A DNA stretch of 34,200 bases from Candidatus Sigynarchaeum calidifontis (GTDB lineage Archaea > Asgardarchaeota > Lokiarchaeia > Sigyniarchaeales > Sigyniarchaeaceae). Position numbers and translations under genes: made by a program. The notes under the pieces are model-generated. The model was not told the origin of the DNA and searched no databases. It saw only the letters and a list, made by a program, of their open reading frames with translations. The stretch is from the NCBI GenBank assembly GCA_030587475.2, contig JAUQYZ020000204.1, positions 1 to 34,200 of the forward strand, read 5' to 3'. The number at the start of each line of letters is the position of its first letter. Position 1 is the stretch's first letter. Positions 18,719 through 27,952 of this stretch are shown here, in pieces.

Positions 18719-19273
18719 GTGACAAGTGATTTGCCCGCGCGGCTTCAACAACTTGCCGGTATCATCCGGTTGACGAACACGGTCGACATCGGCCGCGCCT
18801 GTAGCATTTCTCGCCTTCCCGAGCCGACGTTCCGGAAGGCCTTCGCTGCGTTGCGAGGCGACCCGTCGTTCAAGGGCCAGTTCGTGAAACCGAACTTGTA
18901 CGTCGTGCAAGAGAACGTCGAAGGATTCATCTCCTCCTTTGTATCACGCGTTTTATCTATAGCGGGACATTCTGCGGCAGAAGCACCATCGACCACCACG
19001 AAGATCGTCGCGAAATCGCCAGGAATTCTCTCGCGAATGGAAAAAATGTTCAAGGCATCCCGCCGGATCAAGATCGATGATGCATGTGCAGTGCTCGGCA
19101 TCGATCGCACCGAGTTGATAGGCTGGACCATCGATGAATCGGAAAAGCTGGGTGTCAAGGTTGACGGCGATTATTTAGTCGTCGGAGATGGCGTGGACAC
19201 GAGCACGTGGTTGGACGAGCAGTTCTCCGCATGGGAAAAGAAGGAGCAAGAGAAAGAAGGTAAACTCGAATAA
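18719..19273 (+). CDS. Hypothetical protein with PCI/winged-helix-like domains
   Basis: Two similar modules: IIRLTNTVDIGRACSISRLPE and MFKASRRIKIDDACAVLGIDRTELIGW...VKVDGDYLVV. AAGGTGA SD upstream of the GTG, 11 nt after the previous gene. Confidence 0.75.
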   Translation: MTSDLPARLQQLAGIIRLTNTVDIGRACSISRLPEPTFRKAFAALRGDPSFKGQFVKPNLYVVQENVEGFISSFVSRVLSIAGHSAAEAPSTTTKIVAKSPGILSRMEKMFKASRRIKIDDACAVLGIDRTELIGWTIDESEKLGVKVDGDYLVVGDGVDTSTWLDEQFSAWEKKEQEKEGKLE

Positions 19274-19342
19274 CATAAAGGGTGTTTGAGTCATTCCAAT
19301 CGCTAATATCACCTAATCATCCAGCTCAGCGTGTTTTATTTA

Positions 19343-21805
19343 ATGAAAAATGGAAACAAGGGACTCTCGATCACCGCTTTTGCCCTCGCGCTCGTTCGGT
19401 TGATGTTCATTTATGCTTCTCCAGCATTGTTCTCGTATTCGCCAAGATTTTTGTCCGGTCCTCAAGTGGAATTCATCGGGGTATTTTTCTCGATGCTGCC
19501 CATCGCTTGCACCATGATAATGGCGATCGGGCTCTGGAATTGGCGATCATGGCGGGCACTGCTCGTCATCGGCGGGGCAACCGGCGTGGTGCTATCGGGC
19601 TTGTTCATTCACGCCACGCTCTTGATCACAATCGTGCCGTTTTTCGTCATGGACATGATCGTCGGTCCACTGCACGAGATGAAACTTGCCAGGCCTCGGT
19701 TACAAAGGCGATCTTTTCTGAAGCTGAGGATCCCCTTCATCGATCGGATGCCCCCTTCCAGCAAAAGGCGGATTGTCAACGCAACGCTCGTTGCAATGGT
19801 CGTCGTGCCGATCCTTTGCGCAGTCAACGTGCAGTTCAATTGCATACCCGATGATTATTGCCGTAGGTGCGTGAAGGAAAGTTACCCGTCGGCGACATTC
19901 GCCCAGCGGCAAGAAATATTTCGGAATAGCACCACGGCCGGCCACTCCATGGGCGTGCAAATCGTCCGGACATACCTTAACATGACCGTCGATGAGAACG
20001 CGATCGTCGAGGCTCTCGGCGATATCAACGCGTTAAAGGACACGATGGATTTTGACTTGAACTACATGCTGCGAATATTGTATCTCGATCAAACATCGCA
20101 CGTGCTTTCCCCCGGGATCAAGCAGACGTTGAAAGATGCGATCATCAAGTGCAAGTATTGGTACACGGAGCCTGGTGACGACTCGGCCATCTTCTGGACG
20201 GAAAACCACCAGATCCTCTACCACACGGCCGAATTGCTTGCAGGCCAGTTATACCCGGCCGACGTGTTCACGATATCGGGAATGACCGGCCTGGAGCACG
20301 TTGAGCACGCGATCCCGCTCATCGATCGCTGGATCGGCTGGAAGGGCAAGTTCGGCTTCACGGAATGGCATTCCAACGTGTACTTGAACCTCGATGTCGG
20401 GGCTCTCTTGAACCTGGTGGATTTCGCGGCTAATTCGAGCATCCAGACAAAGGCTGCGATGGTGCTCGACCTCATCGGGTTCGACCTGGCTTGCAACTAT
20501 TACAAGGGCATCTATGCAACCGCGCACGGCCGCACGTACGACGACAACGTGCGGGGAACGAGCGCGGCATCGCCCGCGGAAGAAGACACGGCCGAGATGG
20601 CCTTTATATTCCTTGGACTTGGCTATCATCGCCCCGGGCGGGCAAAAAACATCGGGGCAGCGGCAATGGCTACAACGGATCGGTACCATCCCCCGGCCGT
20701 CATCGAGGCAATTGCCAAGAACGCGACGGCTGGGATCGAGCACCGGAGCCGCGACGGGATCACGGTCGACGAGGGCACGGCGTGGGGTATCGGTTACACG
20801 GAGGCGGAATTGCCTTTCTGGTGGGAGATGGCGGCACCCGTCGCGCCGCCGGTGATCGACATCACGTTCGCCACGATGGAAAAGTATGGCATCGACCCGG
20901 CGATCGTCTGCGGCACGGGCATACCCGAGATATTGCGAATAGGCTCGGCGATTCGGGGGCTCTCCCTGCGCGATTACAGCGAGCTGCTCGGCACGATCAC
21001 CCGCGGCACGGTGCTCGGCAAGGCCAACACGTACACGTACCGAACCGCCCGCTACCAGCTTTCCGGGGTGCAAGACCGCATGAAGGGGTATGCCGGCTTC
21101 CAGGAACATTACTGGCAAGCAAGCCTCGACGACGACGCGTACGTCTTCACGTGCGCCCCAGGCGGGCTCGGGTTCCGGCCGTTCACGGGCGGGTGGAAGC
21201 CACGCACGACGTTTTACAAGAATGTCGGTGTCATCCAGTACGACAGGCCAGTGATGCCACCCGAAGCCGAGCTTGCCACGTTTCTCGTCGACGGGGGGAT
21301 CAACATGGTATTCGGGGAGCGGCCATACAACCATGCCTATTTTCCCCGCTGGGCATTCGACTCGGTCGTGTCCGCGGGAAAATGGACGTTCGGGTCGAGG
21401 AACGGCAGTTACATCGCCTTGTACTCGGAACAACCGACTTACTGGGCATCGAACTACGATTTAACAGCGCTTGGGCGCAAGAATGCCTGGATCGTCGAGC
21501 TTGGCAGCATCGACGAGCACGGGTCTTTCCAGCATTTCGTCGACATCGTGAGCGCCGCACGCGTCTGTGTCGCCAACCTCAACCTCGGTTACGAGATCAC
21601 GTACCAGTCTCCATCCCGGGGCCTAGTGCACGTCGCATGGGACGGGGCAATGCGCGTGAACGGGACGGCTGTCGATCTCGGCGACTATCCCCGGTACGAC
21701 AATCCCTATTGCACGCAAGTATTCGGCACGACGACCACGTTCATACATCTCGGCGCCCAGAACTTGACACTCGATTTCGCAGCAGGCACGCGGGTGGAGG
21801 GCTGA
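19343..21805 (+). CDS. Membrane-anchored large extracellular protein, heparinase II/III-like architecture
   Basis: About 4-5 N-terminal TM helices, then a helical domain (FWTENHQILYHTAELLAGQ, GFTEWHSNVY, ATAHGRTY) and a beta-rich C-terminal half. The fold assignment is by resemblance only. Confidence 0.7.
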   Translation: MKNGNKGLSITAFALALVRLMFIYASPALFSYSPRFLSGPQVEFIGVFFSMLPIACTMIMAIGLWNWRSWRALLVIGGATGVVLSGLFIHATLLITIVPFFVMDMIVGPLHEMKLARPRLQRRSFLKLRIPFIDRMPPSSKRRIVNATLVAMVVVPILCAVNVQFNCIPDDYCRRCVKESYPSATFAQRQEIFRNSTTAGHSMGVQIVRTYLNMTVDENAIVEALGDINALKDTMDFDLNYMLRILYLDQTSHVLSPGIKQTLKDAIIKCKYWYTEPGDDSAIFWTENHQILYHTAELLAGQLYPADVFTISGMTGLEHVEHAIPLIDRWIGWKGKFGFTEWHSNVYLNLDVGALLNLVDFAANSSIQTKAAMVLDLIGFDLACNYYKGIYATAHGRTYDDNVRGTSAASPAEEDTAEMAFIFLGLGYHRPGRAKNIGAAAMATTDRYHPPAVIEAIAKNATAGIEHRSRDGITVDEGTAWGIGYTEAELPFWWEMAAPVAPPVIDITFATMEKYGIDPAIVCGTGIPEILRIGSAIRGLSLRDYSELLGTITRGTVLGKANTYTYRTARYQLSGVQDRMKGYAGFQEHYWQASLDDDAYVFTCAPGGLGFRPFTGGWKPRTTFYKNVGVIQYDRPVMPPEAELATFLVDGGINMVFGERPYNHAYFPRWAFDSVVSAGKWTFGSRNGSYIALYSEQPTYWASNYDLTALGRKNAWIVELGSIDEHGSFQHFVDIVSAARVCVANLNLGYEITYQSPSRGLVHVAWDGAMRVNGTAVDLGDYPRYDNPYCTQVFGTTTTFIHLGAQNLTLDFAAGTRVEG

Positions 21806-21810
21806 CCAGC

Positions 21811-22668
21811 ATGGCAAGCGAACCGCAGGAGGCGGCCAACCAGCATCCCTTGAAAGGCATGTGGACCCGTTCCGTGGTAAAGCGATGCCTTGTAGCAGGC
21901 GTGCTGGTCATCCCGGGATTACTAGCCGGCACGCGTGGTACCACGAGCATCGACTCTGCGCTCTCGAGCGCGGTCGTTGGCTGCGTGGTGATGGCAGTCG
22001 CATCATATCCCCTTGCCCTTCTTGCTTCTGGCTTTAATGTCGCTGGACTGGCTTCCCGGCTTGGACAATCCAGACGATATGCGATCTTGGCAGTTCCACT
22101 CGTTTTTTCTGGAACCGGATTCGTTCTCGCCGTGTATCATGGGTTATTGCTTTCACCAGTGAACTTGCGCGGCCTGATGTTGGTAATCATAATGGCCACT
22201 TGCTCGATCACGTTCACCAGCAAGGCGATCGCAGCCCCGTTAACGGCATCTTGGTCGAACACGATTGACGATATAATAATAATAGGAGGACATGGTTACG
22301 GCATTTTATTTAGCGATGTTCAGCATCTTTGGATGCTCATCATGGGTGCGTTGGCTGCCACATGCCTCGTGCACGCGCGCGGAACCGTCGCGCGGGTTCA
22401 TCATGACGATGTGCCGTTCCAGTGCCACGGGATCGCCTGGCCCGTATTGATGGCTATATCAATCTCCTTGATGCTCGTCACGTCGATGGTCGCGCCGGAG
22501 CTTGTACCGATGATCTACCCGGCTCTTGCAAGTATCGTTTGCACTGGCGGGGCAATGATCGTCTTCGTGGGAAAAGGAATAAGACCGGTTTCGCAACGAA
22601 CGATCAGACGATTGATATCTTCCGCGCTGGTCTGTTTATTGCTTTCTCTTCTAACAAGTAGCATCTAG
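21811..22668 (+). CDS. Polytopic membrane protein, degenerate UbiA/DGGGP-synthase-like
   Basis: The real gene is the last 285 aa of track ORF 20491..22668 (ATG at 21811, 5 nt after the previous stop). About 8-9 TM helices. VKRCLVAG and ARGTV...HDD align with UbiA landmarks. Confidence 0.65.
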   Translation: MASEPQEAANQHPLKGMWTRSVVKRCLVAGVLVIPGLLAGTRGTTSIDSALSSAVVGCVVMAVASYPLALLASGFNVAGLASRLGQSRRYAILAVPLVFSGTGFVLAVYHGLLLSPVNLRGLMLVIIMATCSITFTSKAIAAPLTASWSNTIDDIIIIGGHGYGILFSDVQHLWMLIMGALAATCLVHARGTVARVHHDDVPFQCHGIAWPVLMAISISLMLVTSMVAPELVPMIYPALASIVCTGGAMIVFVGKGIRPVSQRTIRRLISSALVCLLLSLLTSSI

Positions 22669-22739
22669 CCTTCGAGCGATCTCACGTTGAGAATCACGAC
22701 GTGGTGAATCGAGACATATAAAAAACAATAAGCGAGCGG

Positions 22740-24467
22740 TCATTCCTCGAACTTAATATCCCAGTTCATGACCACGTTCGTCATCTCGTAGACGATGCGC
22801 GACAGGTGCATGTCCGGGTCAAGGGCGGTCTTCACGAGCATCTCGGCTTGTGCATGGTTGATCCGGAAAATCAAGAGGCGGGGGTTGCTCTCCAGGATGT
22901 AATGCAGCTTCTCGCCGCCCGTCGACTCGGGGATGACCATGACGGCGCGGTCGAACCGCTTGGCTTTGATGCCCTCGTCGAGGCGCTTGGCACAATAAAA
23001 TGCAGCAACGCCCGCGCTGCGATCGAAGCTTTTTACTGCCGGGATGTCGAATGCAACCTTTTCCTTCGGGAGCTCCAGCAGCGCGCCGACGGTCTTTTCC
23101 CTCCCGTCGATCGACACGAACTTGTACTCGAGCTGCAGCAAGGGCGGGTCGTCCTCGGGATGGTGTATGAAGGCGAGTTCTTGCAAGCCCTTGAGAAAGG
23201 CATAGATCACGTTGGCCGCGTTGACCTCGAACACCAGCGCTTCCCGGTCGAGCAAGCCATCGACCTCCTTCGTGGCTTTCTCTTCCATTGCTGATTGTGC
23301 GGTCGCATCCTTTGGCGTGCCGTTGCCCGTGATGTCGTCGATCGAGAGCTCGCCGTTGACGATCTTTTCCGTGAGGATCCGGGCGAGCTTGATGGTCTCC
23401 CGGGGATTGCCTTTCGTCCGCTCGAAGATGTGCTTGAGGACGGCCTCGTTGAGCGGGAAGAGCATGTCCTCCGGGGGTGGCATGTTGTTGGCCTTCCAGA
23501 ACTGTTCCTCCGATGCGACGACGAGCGCTTTCACGTCATCGAACGTGAATGGCTTGAGCTCCAGCAAGGCCTGCATGCGCGCCTTGAACGGGTCGTCGAA
23601 CATGCCAAGGATTTTTTCCCAGACATCCGTGAGCACGGCGGCGATGAGCAAGAAATGCCCGACCTCCTTGAAGATGCGGTTGAGCGTGTCGATGAACTTT
23701 GCTTCGGCCTCGGCACCCTGGATCTTGAACGGGCTCTCGAACTCGTCGAAGAAAAACACCATGATCTTGTGGCGTTTCGGGGCGCCAGGCTCCGGGCCAT
23801 CGATCAAAAGGTGCTCCGTGATGAGGCGGATCATGGCCAGCCCCGTCTCGTCTTCCTCGATCACCGAGTGGATGCCGAGACCCTCGAACTCGTGTTCATC
23901 GATGCCCTCGCCAAAAATCCACCTGCGGGCGAGCACCTTCTTGTGCTTGTCGTTGCTCAAGCCGTAGACCACGAGCATCGCGATGGGATCGTGGAACTCG
24001 GGCGGGTAGAAGGCCGTGGCGCGCTTGATGACGCTTTCGATCGAATTATCCTCCCCGATCCACCGGGGCGGGAACTTCTCGATCAAGTTTTTCGAGACGA
24101 TGTCGATGAAGCCAGGGAATTCGTTCACGATGCACGTGTACACGTGGAACAAGATGCGGATGGCCGTCGGCGGGCTGGGTATATAGATGACCGTCCAATT
24201 CGGGTTCGCTAATGCTCGTTCCTTGTCCTTGAGGGCGTGATACGCGTGCGTCTTGCCCGATCCCGCTACGCCAAGAACTGGAATGCTGAGAGAAATGCCC
24301 GTTTCTGCGATGCGCTCGATAGCTTCCATGACTCGCTTGTCGAGGTCACCACGCGGGGTTGGCACGTCGATCTGGTCCTGAACGTCGCCGCGAGACACGA
24401 AGCGGTCAAATGGGGTTAAACCCTGCTTCAACTTCTCGAAGTAGGGATTTTTTGGCGTAAGCGTCAT
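22740..24467 (-). CDS. AAA+/P-loop ATPase with an extra C-terminal domain
   Basis: Walker A GVAGSGKT, Walker B MVFFFDEFE, putative arginine finger FKARM and lid motif TKGNPRE. About 190-aa C-terminal alpha/beta domain. Start is 24467 or 24506. Confidence 0.88.
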   Translation of the reverse strand: MTLTPKNPYFEKLKQGLTPFDRFVSRGDVQDQIDVPTPRGDLDKRVMEAIERIAETGISLSIPVLGVAGSGKTHAYHALKDKERALANPNWTVIYIPSPPTAIRILFHVYTCIVNEFPGFIDIVSKNLIEKFPPRWIGEDNSIESVIKRATAFYPPEFHDPIAMLVVYGLSNDKHKKVLARRWIFGEGIDEHEFEGLGIHSVIEEDETGLAMIRLITEHLLIDGPEPGAPKRHKIMVFFFDEFESPFKIQGAEAEAKFIDTLNRIFKEVGHFLLIAAVLTDVWEKILGMFDDPFKARMQALLELKPFTFDDVKALVVASEEQFWKANNMPPPEDMLFPLNEAVLKHIFERTKGNPRETIKLARILTEKIVNGELSIDDITGNGTPKDATAQSAMEEKATKEVDGLLDREALVFEVNAANVIYAFLKGLQELAFIHHPEDDPPLLQLEYKFVSIDGREKTVGALLELPKEKVAFDIPAVKSFDRSAGVAAFYCAKRLDEGIKAKRFDRAVMVIPESTGGEKLHYILESNPRLLIFRINHAQAEMLVKTALDPDMHLSRIVYEMTNVVMNWDIKFEE

Positions 24468-24647
24468 CGACGATATACTCGCGCGGGTGGATGGCCATGA
24501 CACCAATGCAAATCATGGCTTAAGATCCGCGCGGTGTCACGGCATAATAGAGCCGTCTATCATCCATGTAACACAGATTCGATGATAACAATAAAAGGAT
24601 TAAAAAATATGAGGATGGCTCCGACGAAAATGATGATTATCGATCAA

Positions 24648-25451
24648 TCACTTGTTTTTCCACTCTGGTGGTTTCTTGTCCATCAAGGATGTCACTCCTT
24701 CCATGAAATCCTTCCCGGTAATCGTCATCGTCTGGTTGGCCACCTCCAGGGCGATCACGTGCTCCAGCGACGGCATATCGACGCTGGTATTGAGAGTCCA
24801 TTTCGTCAGCCTGATCCCGAACGGCCCGTTGGCAAGAATGGCGTTGCATTTCTCGATAACAGCCTCCTCCAGCTTGTCATCCGGCACGACCGCGCTTCCG
24901 AGCCCCATGTGAAATGCCTCCTTGGCTTCGATGGTCCGCGCGGTCAGCAAAATGTCGGCGGCGTTGCTGAAGCCGACGATCCTCGGCAAGAGATAGCTGG
25001 TTCCCGTGTCTGTTCCAGCAAGGCCGATGCGGGTGAAGGTCGCCTGGATCTTCGCGCTCTCGGCCAGGATGCGGATGTCCGCGGCGAGGGCATAGGAAAA
25101 ACCCACCCCGTACGCGTGTCCCTGGATGCCGCACACGATGGGTTGCGGGCACTTTCGCATCTTAATGACGATGTCCATTCCCTCCTTGTTCATCTTGTAG
25201 ACGGCCGGATTACCTCGTGGAACCGTTGCCCCGCTCTTGAGGTCGAGCCCCGATGAAAACGATTGTCCCTGGCCAAGGAACGCGATGACGCGGATCTCCT
25301 CGTTGTGCAGCATGCTCTCCCAGAACTTGTTCAGTTCATCGAGCATTTCCACGGACACGGCGTTTCTCCGATCAGGCCGGTTCAGCCGCAAGATGCCCAG
25401 GCCATTTCCTCGATTCTCGAACGCGATGGTCGTATATGTACTGTTGCTCAT
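24648..25451 (-). CDS. Enoyl-CoA hydratase/isomerase (crotonase) family
   Basis: Motifs LNRPDRRNA, FSSGLDL, PQPIVCGIQGHAYGVG, AADIR and SYLLPRIVG. Confidence 0.95.
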   Translation of the reverse strand: MSNSTYTTIAFENRGNGLGILRLNRPDRRNAVSVEMLDELNKFWESMLHNEEIRVIAFLGQGQSFSSGLDLKSGATVPRGNPAVYKMNKEGMDIVIKMRKCPQPIVCGIQGHAYGVGFSYALAADIRILAESAKIQATFTRIGLAGTDTGTSYLLPRIVGFSNAADILLTARTIEAKEAFHMGLGSAVVPDDKLEEAVIEKCNAILANGPFGIRLTKWTLNTSVDMPSLEHVIALEVANQTMTITGKDFMEGVTSLMDKKPPEWKNK

Positions 25452-25536
25452 GGTCTGTCGCTTCGTTCACATTATCGAATGCCGAGAAGAATAACTGCGC
25501 AACAGTTTATATGCACGCCTAGCGCTTCTAGCCGGT

Positions 25537-26352
25537 ATGCCAGCATTGAAACTACCGCGCATGGGATTCGGCACGTGGCAGCTCGCCCCGGCCGATTGCA
25601 CGACCGCCGTGTTGAAAGCGATCGAGATCGGATACCGTCTCATCGACACCGCCCAGATGTACAAGAACGAGGCGGCGGTCGGTGCCGCGATCGCGAAATG
25701 CGGCATCCCGAGGGAGGAGCTCATCATCGCCACGAAGGTGGCAGTCTTCAACTACAAGCCCGAGAAGGTCATCAAGAGTACCGAGGAAAGCTTGAAGAAA
25801 CTCGGCCTGAAATACGTGGACATACTCTACGTGCACTGGCCGGCCAAGTTATTGGGGTACAAGGCATCGACGACCCTCAAGGCATTCTGCCAGCTCGTCG
25901 ACGAGGGAAAGGTGCGCCATATCGGCGTGTCCAACTTCACGCCGCCACTCCTGGACGAGGCCATCGAGGTGTGCAAGAATTACGGGAAGGCCATCCTCGC
26001 CAACCAGGTCGAGCACCATCCCTTGCTCCAGCAAGAGGTGATGCGGGATTACCTGGCCAAGCACGACATGTACCTGGTCGCCTACTCGCCGCTCGTGCGC
26101 GGGCAAGTCATGGGGATGGAATTATTGGAAGGGATTGCGAAGAAGCACGGGGTCTCGCTCGCGCAGGTCGCGCTCGCGTGGGAGATGGGGCACGGGGCGG
26201 TTCCGATCCCGAAAGCAACGAGCGAGGCGCACATCAAGGACAACTTCGCGGCGCAGAGCTTGAAGCTGGACGAGGAAGATGTCAAGCAAATCGAAGCTAT
26301 CAAGGTCCAGAAGCGCTTGGTCAACCCGCCCGTCGTCAGGCCAAAATGGTAG
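25537..26352 (+). CDS. Aldo/keto reductase (DkgB-like)
   Basis: Motifs MGFGTW, IDTAQMYKNE, IATK, VHWP, IGVSNF, NQVEHHP and PIPKAT. Confidence 0.95.
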   Translation: MPALKLPRMGFGTWQLAPADCTTAVLKAIEIGYRLIDTAQMYKNEAAVGAAIAKCGIPREELIIATKVAVFNYKPEKVIKSTEESLKKLGLKYVDILYVHWPAKLLGYKASTTLKAFCQLVDEGKVRHIGVSNFTPPLLDEAIEVCKNYGKAILANQVEHHPLLQQEVMRDYLAKHDMYLVAYSPLVRGQVMGMELLEGIAKKHGVSLAQVALAWEMGHGAVPIPKATSEAHIKDNFAAQSLKLDEEDVKQIEAIKVQKRLVNPPVVRPKW

Positions 26353-26405
26353 GCTTTGCTCGTAAAAAAGGAGAATATCGGAGGGATCGCTGCTCCTGGA
26401 TCTTG

Positions 26406-27146
26406 TCAATCCTCCCGGTTCGCGAAATCCGGCGCGTTCGCCATCTGGGCCTGGGGTGCCACCCGCCCGGCTGGCCCGTGCACGACGCCAGGGGGGATTT
26501 CTTTCTCTATCTCGAAAGTCTTGATCACGTGGAGTTTCAGCGTGAACTCGACCGTGCTCGACGCGTCGGCCGGGACGTTCACCAGCCACGTGTATTCTGG
26601 TGGATCTTTCTTGTCAGGTTCAGCCTTTGACTTCTCGAACCGGACGTCCTTGTTCTCGTAGAGCTTGACCTGGAATCCCTCGATAGCACGTGCCGTCAAG
26701 TTTTTCACGACCAGCTTGCGCGTGACGATGTCATCCCTCTCGCGAATCTCGATTTCCTTGAGCCGGCTGCGCAAGTGCGGCGGAGGTGGCTCGATCTTGA
26801 TCGCTTCTTTGCCCGTGTCGTACGACACGAGCCGGTCGGTGATCTCGACTTCCAAGTCGTCTTGCCAATCGGTCGATAGCTTCGACCCGACCGACCCGGA
26901 CGTCTTGGAATAGGATTGGGGCAGTCCACCGAGTGACTTGTCGAAGATGATGATCTGGGACGTGGGTACTTGCTTCGGCACGTCCTGGAACACGATCTGG
27001 AAGGAACCCGTGCGGGAGATCGTGCCTTGTTGCAAGTTGGATTGCGAGTAGGTGAGCTCGACCTTGCGGTCGTGCTGGAACTTGATGCCCTCGGCCTTGA
27101 ACCAGACGAGGCGGACATTCTCCCTGGGCAGTAGTGTTGCTTTCAT
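26406..27146 (-). CDS. DUF4139-like C-terminal half protein
   Basis: Beta-rich. ATLLPRENVRL...RKLVVKNLTARAIEGFQVKLYE...YTWLVNVPADASSTVEFTL resembles the C-terminus of DUF4139 proteins. It lies 12 nt downstream of its partner gene. Confidence 0.7.
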   Translation of the reverse strand: MKATLLPRENVRLVWFKAEGIKFQHDRKVELTYSQSNLQQGTISRTGSFQIVFQDVPKQVPTSQIIIFDKSLGGLPQSYSKTSGSVGSKLSTDWQDDLEVEITDRLVSYDTGKEAIKIEPPPPHLRSRLKEIEIRERDDIVTRKLVVKNLTARAIEGFQVKLYENKDVRFEKSKAEPDKKDPPEYTWLVNVPADASSTVEFTLKLHVIKTFEIEKEIPPGVVHGPAGRVAPQAQMANAPDFANRED

Positions 27147-27158
27147 GGCTGTTCATCC

Positions 27159-27863
27159 TCATAGGACAAGGTTTTTCATGCGCTTCAAGTTCGGCAGCAT
27201 CTTCGACTGCGCGACGATGTTCTGCGCGGCCTGTTCTTCTTGAAGCTCGTTGAGGTAGCCGCCTGACTCGTCAGGCTGTCGTTCGAGCTCGAACTCGGCG
27301 AACCCGAGCTCGCACTGCGGGTACGTGAAATCGCTGTTATTCATGACGACGATGAAGCCTTCCATGGTCGCCGTCCTCGCGTCTTTATCGAGGGAGATGT
27401 GCAGCGATGGCTCCCACTTGATGCGTGCATCTTCCAGGAAATACCGGACTTCCAGCTCGACTTCCTTTTCCACCTTGGACGAGATGATGGCGGTGAAGGA
27501 GCCAAGCACGTCCTCGTAAGCGCGATAATGCGTGCTCTCGATCATCTGGATGATCCGCTCGCGATTCTGGCCGCGCAGATCGGTCGCGGCGTTGATGATG
27601 TTCGTCGCGGCGCCTTTTTCTCGCTGGATGAACTGGTTCATGATAGACTTGTCGGGCCGCTTCACGTTCAGCTGGACGATCTCCACGCCCGCCGGGGCGT
27701 TTATCAACTCCACCGTCGCGGTGCGCGGATCGAACGCTGCTGGCACGTCATCGATTTCAAACGTGTTCAAGCCCGGCACGATTTTCACGACTTGGCGGCG
27801 GGAAACGAGCCCCCCGCCTCCGCTAAACACGATGAATTTGGTCGGAGCTGGGTTAATCTTCAT
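27159..27863 (-). CDS. DUF4140/DUF4139-like N-terminal half protein
   Basis: FIVFSGGGGLVSRRQVVKIVPGLNTFEIDDVPAAFDPRT is DUF4140-like. LEVRY...IKWEPSLHISL...GFIVVMNNSDFTY matches the start of DUF4139. Confidence 0.75.
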   Translation of the reverse strand: MKINPAPTKFIVFSGGGGLVSRRQVVKIVPGLNTFEIDDVPAAFDPRTATVELINAPAGVEIVQLNVKRPDKSIMNQFIQREKGAATNIINAATDLRGQNRERIIQMIESTHYRAYEDVLGSFTAIISSKVEKEVELEVRYFLEDARIKWEPSLHISLDKDARTATMEGFIVVMNNSDFTYPQCELGFAEFELERQPDESGGYLNELQEEQAAQNIVAQSKMLPNLKRMKNLVL

Positions 27864-27952
27864 TTTTCAATCACCCGTTAGTCATACTCGTGTCGCCGAG
27901 AAAAACATTTGCCCATCAACCTTTTTTTTGGTATCAGTCGATACTTACAGCT

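Noticed and set aside
20491-21810. N-terminal 440 aa of the 725-aa track ORF 20491..22668
   Set aside because: Arg/Gly/His-rich out-of-frame shadow of the 19343..21805 gene. The real gene starts at ATG 21811.
17170-26352. Two aldo/keto reductases as a recent duplication
   Set aside because: The sequences are clearly divergent outside family motifs. Multiple AKR paralogues are commonplace.
25263-26630. 455-aa plus-strand ORF and other long overlapping ORFs (e.g. 5888..6700, 6884..7819, 20249..21433, 23295..24212, 28019..29173, 30146..31162)
   Set aside because: Alternative-frame or antisense shadows of well-supported genes. They are expected with high GC3 codon bias and carry no recognisable motifs.
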